Notes under the pieces: model-generated
Database searches by the model: none
Seen by the model: the letters and a program-made list of their open reading frames with translations, nothing else
Told to the model about the DNA's origin: nothing
DNA from: Podarcis cretensis
Lineage: Eukaryota
Assembly (NCBI GenBank): GCA_951804945.1
Contig: OX638149.1
Coordinates: 111,848,001 to 111,912,000 of the forward strand
Direction of reading: 5' to 3'
DNA: 64,000 nt
Program-made: the position numbers and the translations under genes
Shown here: positions 57,401 to 64,000 of the stretch, in pieces
Layout of the letters: each line of letters starts with the position of its first letter
Position numbering within the stretch: position 1 is the first letter of the stretch

Positions 57401-59446
57401 GAACCTTTTCATCCTGCAGGTCACATTATCTCAAAGGAAACTTGCTGGAAGACAGAGGCCACTGGTGGGTGGGCATTTCTGCACAGCCTAGGAGAAGACC
57501 AAGGGCCCAAAAGGAAATCCTAGAGGGCTGCATTTGCACCCGGGTCTGAGGTTCCCCACCCCTGTCTTAATCAAGCCTAGGGGTATTTTTATACTACTGC
57601 ACTTACAATTAATGTTGTTGGGTGGTGTGCATGATTTCTGAGTTTATAACGAAAATAACTAGCTTTATTTCGCAAGCTAAAATGCCTGTGTGACCTTATA
57701 GCCTGCCATTAAGCTGTACAACGAATACAAACAGATAACACTTCAGCAACTTTTCAAAACTTTGTCATGCAAAACAAAATGCGGGGGAAATTAGACTAGC
57801 AAAACACTACCGCTGCAGGTTAAACAACACCCACCCTGCAGCTGCAAGCACAAAAATAAAATACCCTCTACCAGGTGCTATTTTCATCTGGAGGGAAGTC
57901 TGTTCAGAAATAATAGTTTCAGAAAAGGGGCAATTTTTTTAAAAAAGTTTTTTTAAAAAGTGAAAGCGGAAAACTTCACCATAGTCCCGATATTGATCCG
58001 TCCTATGTCTGCCATTTTAATTATTTTTAATGATTTACACAACGCCAAACTACACATAATATATAGTTTGGCCCTTTAAACATATGTCCCAGTCTTGGGA
58101 ATACAGTAATAAGCACTGGGGAAAATGGGTGGACTACTTTGCAGCTATGTAAACAGAACCTGAAAAGCATGCAAGGGGGTGCCACAGGCATTGCCCCCCG
58201 GAAGTGTTTTTCCTTCCCCTGTGTTTATTTACTACAGTGAAGCAACATGCATAAGTGTGTCGCTGATTGCTGTTGCCTGATATTGGTGTCTGTGCCACTT
58301 GTATGCGAAAAGGTTTGCTGCAAATTAAGAAATCACAACTTCCCTCAATTTAAGGGGATTTTTTTTTCAGTAGGTATATGATAAGCCCAAATCATTTAAA
58401 ATCAATTTGTATGTGTTTGTCTTCTCCTGCCATTCCTTTAATAGCTCCTTCCACCTCTTTCATTTAATTTCCATAGCATGGCAGGTTTCGAAAATCAGTT
58501 TTAATTAAAATAAGATATTGAGATCATTTGCAGATGCTCTGCTTAGTAGTTTTCCATTCCCCCACCCAAAAAATGCTTACATTTCAAAGGAGCATGCAAG
58601 TTATGTAAATAGATGCAAATGTGGGGTTCATGCGCAGTTGTTATTGTTTAAAACACTCTTATTAAGAGCATAATAAAATAGTCTTGGTTTTTTTGTTGCA
58701 TCCCAAAATAATTCCACGTTGACCATACTTATTTCTTATTTTAGTTTCAATTTTATAATTAAAAAAGCACTTCCCTTTAGCATGGTCAGATGAAAATGGA
58801 GACCAGATGCCTGTATCTTTAAGAATTGTGTAGAAGAGGGAATTTCAGCAGTGTGGCTTGCATGACAACCTTCTGAAATCCCCTCTTCTACCCAACTATG
58901 AAGGGGCCAGTATGGATTTGCCCACCCTACTTATTTTGTTATAGCATTATTACTGTATGAAACCATGATACAGCTACCAGCAAATCAGGTGTGTACACGA
59001 ATAACAGTACTGCCAAACCTCTTCGCATTTGTAAATCTTGTTTGGTATATTAAAGGCAGAAGGTATTCAGAACCAAAACCAATTTAGAATGTTTCTAGAT
59101 TGTGCTTATTTCTTCTGTTAGCAGCGTACCTTTTGATGCATCTAAGATGCCCCCCCCCCAAATACCCAGAATATTAAGGTTTGTACAATATCTGAACTCT
59201 AATAAATTAACCATCCTTTAAATTGTGGCATATTTTCCATAGCATATTGTTTTGGGGGAAGATCTTGCTTTATCATTATGTTTTTCCAAGGATGTTTATG
59301 GTTGACATTCTGTATTGCAAAGGTAGTAAGATGGGGCAGAAAAGTACTGTGCATGCTTAGTCACAAGTATATGCTGCTGAGTTCATCCTCCTGGGCTTCT
59401 TGCCCAGAAAATGGGCAAATGTACATAAAAGCAATGGGAACAACAG

Positions 59447-59734
59447 TGCTCACTGGAAGGACAGATTGTGAAGCTGAGGCTCCAGTACTTTGGCCACCTC
59501 ATGAGAAGAGAAGACTCCCTGGAGAAGACCCTGATGTTGGGAAAGATGGAGGGCACAAGGAGAAGGGGGCGACAGAGGACGAGATGGTTGGATAGTGTTT
59601 TCGAGGTTACCAGCATGAGTCTGACCAAGCTGCGGGGGGCAGTGGAGGACAGGAGTGCCTGGCGTTCTCTGGTCCATGGGGTCACGAAGAGTCGGACACG
59701 ACTAAACGACTAAACAACAACAACAACAACAACA
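59447..59734 (+). mobile_element. Bov-B (RTE) LINE 3' end
   Basis: LQYFGHLMRREDSLEKTLMLGKMEGTRRRGRQRTRWLD followed by a (CAA)n tail. Confidence 0.92.
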
Positions 59735-61517
59735 GCTCAACTCAACACTTGTGACCCTTTGGGCACCACCAACACAAAATAGTATATTTCCTTTCAAGAG
59801 GTGCTACTATGTGCCCTATTACACTCTCAATTCAAGTTCAGTCAATCAGACCCTTCTACCTAAAATCTGGAAGATGTCCCTTTTAGAAACTGGCAAATTA
59901 ACTGCGTGATATTCCCTGTGTATATTCATAATGCACATCCTCAAAAGACAAGTGACGTTGCAGTTCCTCTCTGTCACATTGCTACATAAGGGCTGGCTGG
60001 GCTTTTTTAGGAGGAAAGGTAGCAAATAAATAAATTAAATAAGGGATGATTTTATATAAACCATTATTTCTATATAGCCAAAGGTGCCACAATACAGAGC
60101 AACTCAGAAATGAAAACTCTTAATGACTTGCCTATAATTTTTGGCTCTGTTAGTATGTACTGAATGTATTTAACGCCTTATCACAAACTTTCCTTTTGAA
60201 GTACTGGAGATTCAAAATGGGCAGATTTAAAGAGAGTGCTTCCAGCATAACCAGTGTGCACTGTATAAATCTCTGAATGTGCCTCTCTTACTTTTAACAC
60301 CCACTCCCCCAATCCTGACCCCCGACAATCCCAGGCTTGCCTCATCATATGGGCAGACGGCATTCTCTGTTTTTAAGGATAAATGATATCTTTGAATAAG
60401 ACGAACAAATCTCGCAAACCTGGGGTGCTTTCTCTTTCTGAGTTGCTTGGGTGCTGCGCAGTGTCCACTTCAGGCTCGGTTAACTAATAAGATTGTTATT
60501 ATTATTACAGCCTGTTGCAAGAAACATGCCAATTTCTCACTGAGAAGAAACCTGAAAGGTTTAATTTACAATTCATGAAATGTAGACTTGTACCTCAACC
60601 AAGATGAATGTAAAGTGGCTGTTTGCGTTTCAGATAATGGTATCTTAGACTTTTGCCTGATCATTGTGTTTGCATGTGAAATGTCTAATATACTAATTTG
60701 ATGAATGAACTACACATAATTTCAAGGACTGAAAAAAGACTGAGATTCGTACTTGTTTATTCTTTGGACTTAGTGCTGCTCACAAGTTACTAAACAATTT
60801 TTTTCTTCCAAACAAAAAACAAACAAAAAAAAAACAACCTAAAGATTTCTCTTTATTTTCTGAGTAGACTCATCATGATTTTGGTTTGCTTTTTTTGCTT
60901 TTGGCTCTGCTAATTCTGCAGCATTAATGCTAAAAAACACATACCCACCCCTGCAGTTTGGAATGATGCAAGCAAAATATTTTACAATTTCAAACTATTA
61001 AAAAAATAGGATGTTATGGTTCTATATACAGCTATTGACTAAGCGTGAATTGCATAGATTACATATGATAGGTGTCTATCATTCAGTCTATCGGTGGTTT
61101 ATAAGCACAGGAGCTCCATTTATGTAGAAGCTCTACATGTGCGTCGACATCAGAATTCATTGCAACATGATCTGCATGTGCGTTCCATGTACAGATGGAC
61201 TAAGCCCATCAATTGGAAGGAACGGGGCAGTCAGTGCATACCAAAAATCTATTTGTGCATCTGATGTATTAAATTATACACTGTACTTATATGCTACTGG
61301 ATTTCTTGGGATTTAGGTATGCATAGCTGCACTATGTAAGTACCTGAGCCTGAACATCTTTACCTGGAAGCCATTCCCTTTGATTTTGGTTGAACTTCAT
61401 TTCTGAGCATATACTTTGTACCAATCTGTGAGAAGAATATAGTGTAATTTATGATTTGTGGCCATTTCTATAAAACAGTGCTTAGCCAAAGCCTTTTTCT
61501 AGTCTCCATTTAGGATA

Positions 61518-61880
61518 AAAGGTAAAGGTAAAGGTACCCCTGCCCGTACGGGCCAGTCTTGACAGACTCTGGGGTTGTGCGCCCATCTCACTTAAGAGGC
61601 CGGGGCCAGCGCTGTCCGGAGACACTTCCGGGTCACGTGGCCAGCGTGACATCGCTGCTCTGGCGAGCCAGAGCCGCACACGGAAACGCCGTTTACCTTC
61701 CCGCTGGTAAGCGGTCCCTATTTATCTACTTGCACCCGGAGGTGCTTTCGAACTGCTAGGTTGGCAGGCGCTGGGACCGAGCAGCGGGAGCGCACCCCGC
61801 CGCAGGGATTCGAACCGCCGACCTTTCGATCGGCAAGTCCTAGGCGCTGAGGCTTTAACTCACAGCGCCACCTGCGTCCC
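61518..61880 (-). mobile_element. Sauria SINE
   Basis: 13-bp TSD tccatttaggata; nearly identical to the copy at 23171. Confidence 0.92.
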
Positions 61881-64000
61881 TCCATTTAGGATAGAAGGCT
61901 GCATATCAAGGGATACTGTTGCAGTGAATTTCCTGCAACTGTTTTTTCTCTATTTTGCGGCAAAGAGTTATGATTTATATACATTTGCACTTTGTAAATG
62001 ATATTGTACATCAGTTGTTGCTAAGTACAAAATATATCCTTTGAAGCTGCACTCAAGAGTGTGCTGGATTTTCCCAACATTGATCCCTCACCTCCGGCTT
62101 GATAAAAGACCACAATATGCATTTTGCTACAAGGTGGCTAAGATCGTACTATCAGGAAACTGCTTACTGGTCAGTATTAGTAAGATTATTATTGATAAAT
62201 GATTAATCCCAGGTTTTATTGTTCTGAGATAAACAGGTATGTTGGAAGTACTGTACTGAGATAGCCTATTCCAATTTTGGATGGTGTGGTTACTATTTTT
62301 ATATTATCAGAAACTTCCTTTTGTCATTGAACAAGAGTGCAATGCTTGCAGTCCCCTTATACTATACTTGTGTGAATATTATGTTGTTTTATATGGTTCT
62401 ATACAGCTAGTGTACATGGGGATAGCATTCGTTCCCCATTGACCTTTATTTTGTTTATTGATATTAAAGTGCATTGAAAATTGAATGTGTGTTTCCTCTG
62501 GCAGTGTAAAACTAACAACAGTTTTTGTTTCCTATAAAAACAAGGGACTCAGATGAACAAAAAGATTATCTTTAATCTAATTCTGTTGCCCCTCTCCCTG
62601 CAAGTACCATTACACAGCCTTTTTATAAAAACAAAACAGAGAGCAGATTATAAATTATATTCTGATGCAATCAATAGAACCTGTTCATACCTCCTAAAAA
62701 TCGATTTTTAAAACCCATGAAATGGCAAATAGTCTTCTGAAGCAAAGTAATTTTATTGATCCAGAAGTTAGTGAAACCACCAGAAAATAGACTAGAAAGG
62801 GCTGATTGGTAGAAACAGCTTGAGGATAATCTGAGGCTTTTTAAAAAAATAGTAAATTCAGAATGGTAACCAATTCTTTCTGCTGCTTAAATAAAATTCA
62901 AACTGGAACACCTCAAAACTGGTAAAGTACTTTCTTCATCAAACTAATATTTTAGCTGGTTAAGAGTTCGTGAAAAAGCTTGATTCTGATGAATAATGCC
63001 GACAGCTTTGTTTTGGAGTATTATGTAAAAAATGATCTTTTTATAATAGTACATTGACACCAGTATGCGTTATTCACCATCTGCTTACATCATTCCCCAC
63101 ATAAAGATAGTTACTTACCAATGCAGCCATTTACTGATGTTATACACTACCATGGTAATAACATTGTAGAATGCTACAGAATGCGATTATCAGCTCTACT
63201 TTTATTCACTATGGTACTCATATTTGTCTACTGCTGCCAATGCAGCACCCTGCTAGCTTTCCTTAATCACATCAGGAAACCAGTTGGAAGTTTAGATGAC
63301 GTCAACTTTTCATGATTGGCACAATCGCTTTCCCTCCAAAAATAGCATTTTTGAAAAATTGTGTTTTAAATGCTATCGTAAAAATACACACAATTATCTA
63401 AGTACTAAAGAGGACACATATGTGTACCATGCAAGAATAAAAAGTTGTTTTAAAAATGCACACTCAGCTGTGCAAGTGCATTGGCAAAAGAGAATGCGAA
63501 ATAATGGCTCCCGCTCTGGAATTAATACGCTGCTTTCCTTTCTGAAACCTCAGAAACTTAGAAGTACTTATACACTGATAATTTGTCTTTTCATGTCAAC
63601 AGGAAGTAAAGGGTTAAACATAGTTTGCATCATATGCATACTGTACCTGCATCTGACATGAAAATGCTTCCTTCAGTTTTTGCCGTAACTTGGGGAAAAT
63701 GCTGCAATTCATGGTGCTCTCTCTCTCTCTCTATCTTACCAATTAGTGTTACTTCAGAACTGTCAGTTCGGTATGTGGCTTAGTTTCTTAGCAAATTGGT
63801 TCAAAAAGGTGGTTCCTTCTATGAATATACCGAAACCCTTCTATCATGGGGGAACCCCCCCCCCACTTGATGTGGTTAATAATACTTATGGCCTCACATA
63901 CAGGAAAGCAAACTGGCCTCCACAGTTCTGCTCTTCATTTGAGAGCTCTTAATTACACAGAGAGCATTTTGGAATGCATTAAGTGCAACCCAGTCCTATA

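Overview
Vertebrate genomic DNA from a squamate reptile, probably a lacertid lizard judging by the repeats (Sauria SINEs, Bov-B, CR1, L2, squamate L1, hAT and Tc1/mariner MITEs). The window holds the 5' ~57% of a voltage-gated sodium channel alpha-subunit gene on the + strand, best matching SCN2A (Nav1.2). It has a CpG-rich promoter, a non-coding first exon (~13300-13542) and 16 visible coding exons (ATG at 18120 to 54362, 3411 nt = 1137 codons) covering domain I, loop 1, domain II and the ankyrin-G motif. The gene runs off the window inside a >9.6 kb intron. Main points of interest: a U12 AT-AC intron that carries an antisense L1; a 129-nt N gap lying exactly where the mutually exclusive neonatal exon 5N should be, just upstream of adult exon 5A and an RBFOX-motif-rich intron; RBFOX-flanked, stop-containing candidate poison exons in the last intron; an overlapping out-of-frame uORF; a young 990-codon L1 ORF2; a bipartite Bov-B derivative; and hAT MITEs carrying ZNF143/THAP11-like motifs. 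Most short ORFs in the track are spurious. All comparisons to mammalian sequences are from memory, not from alignments.
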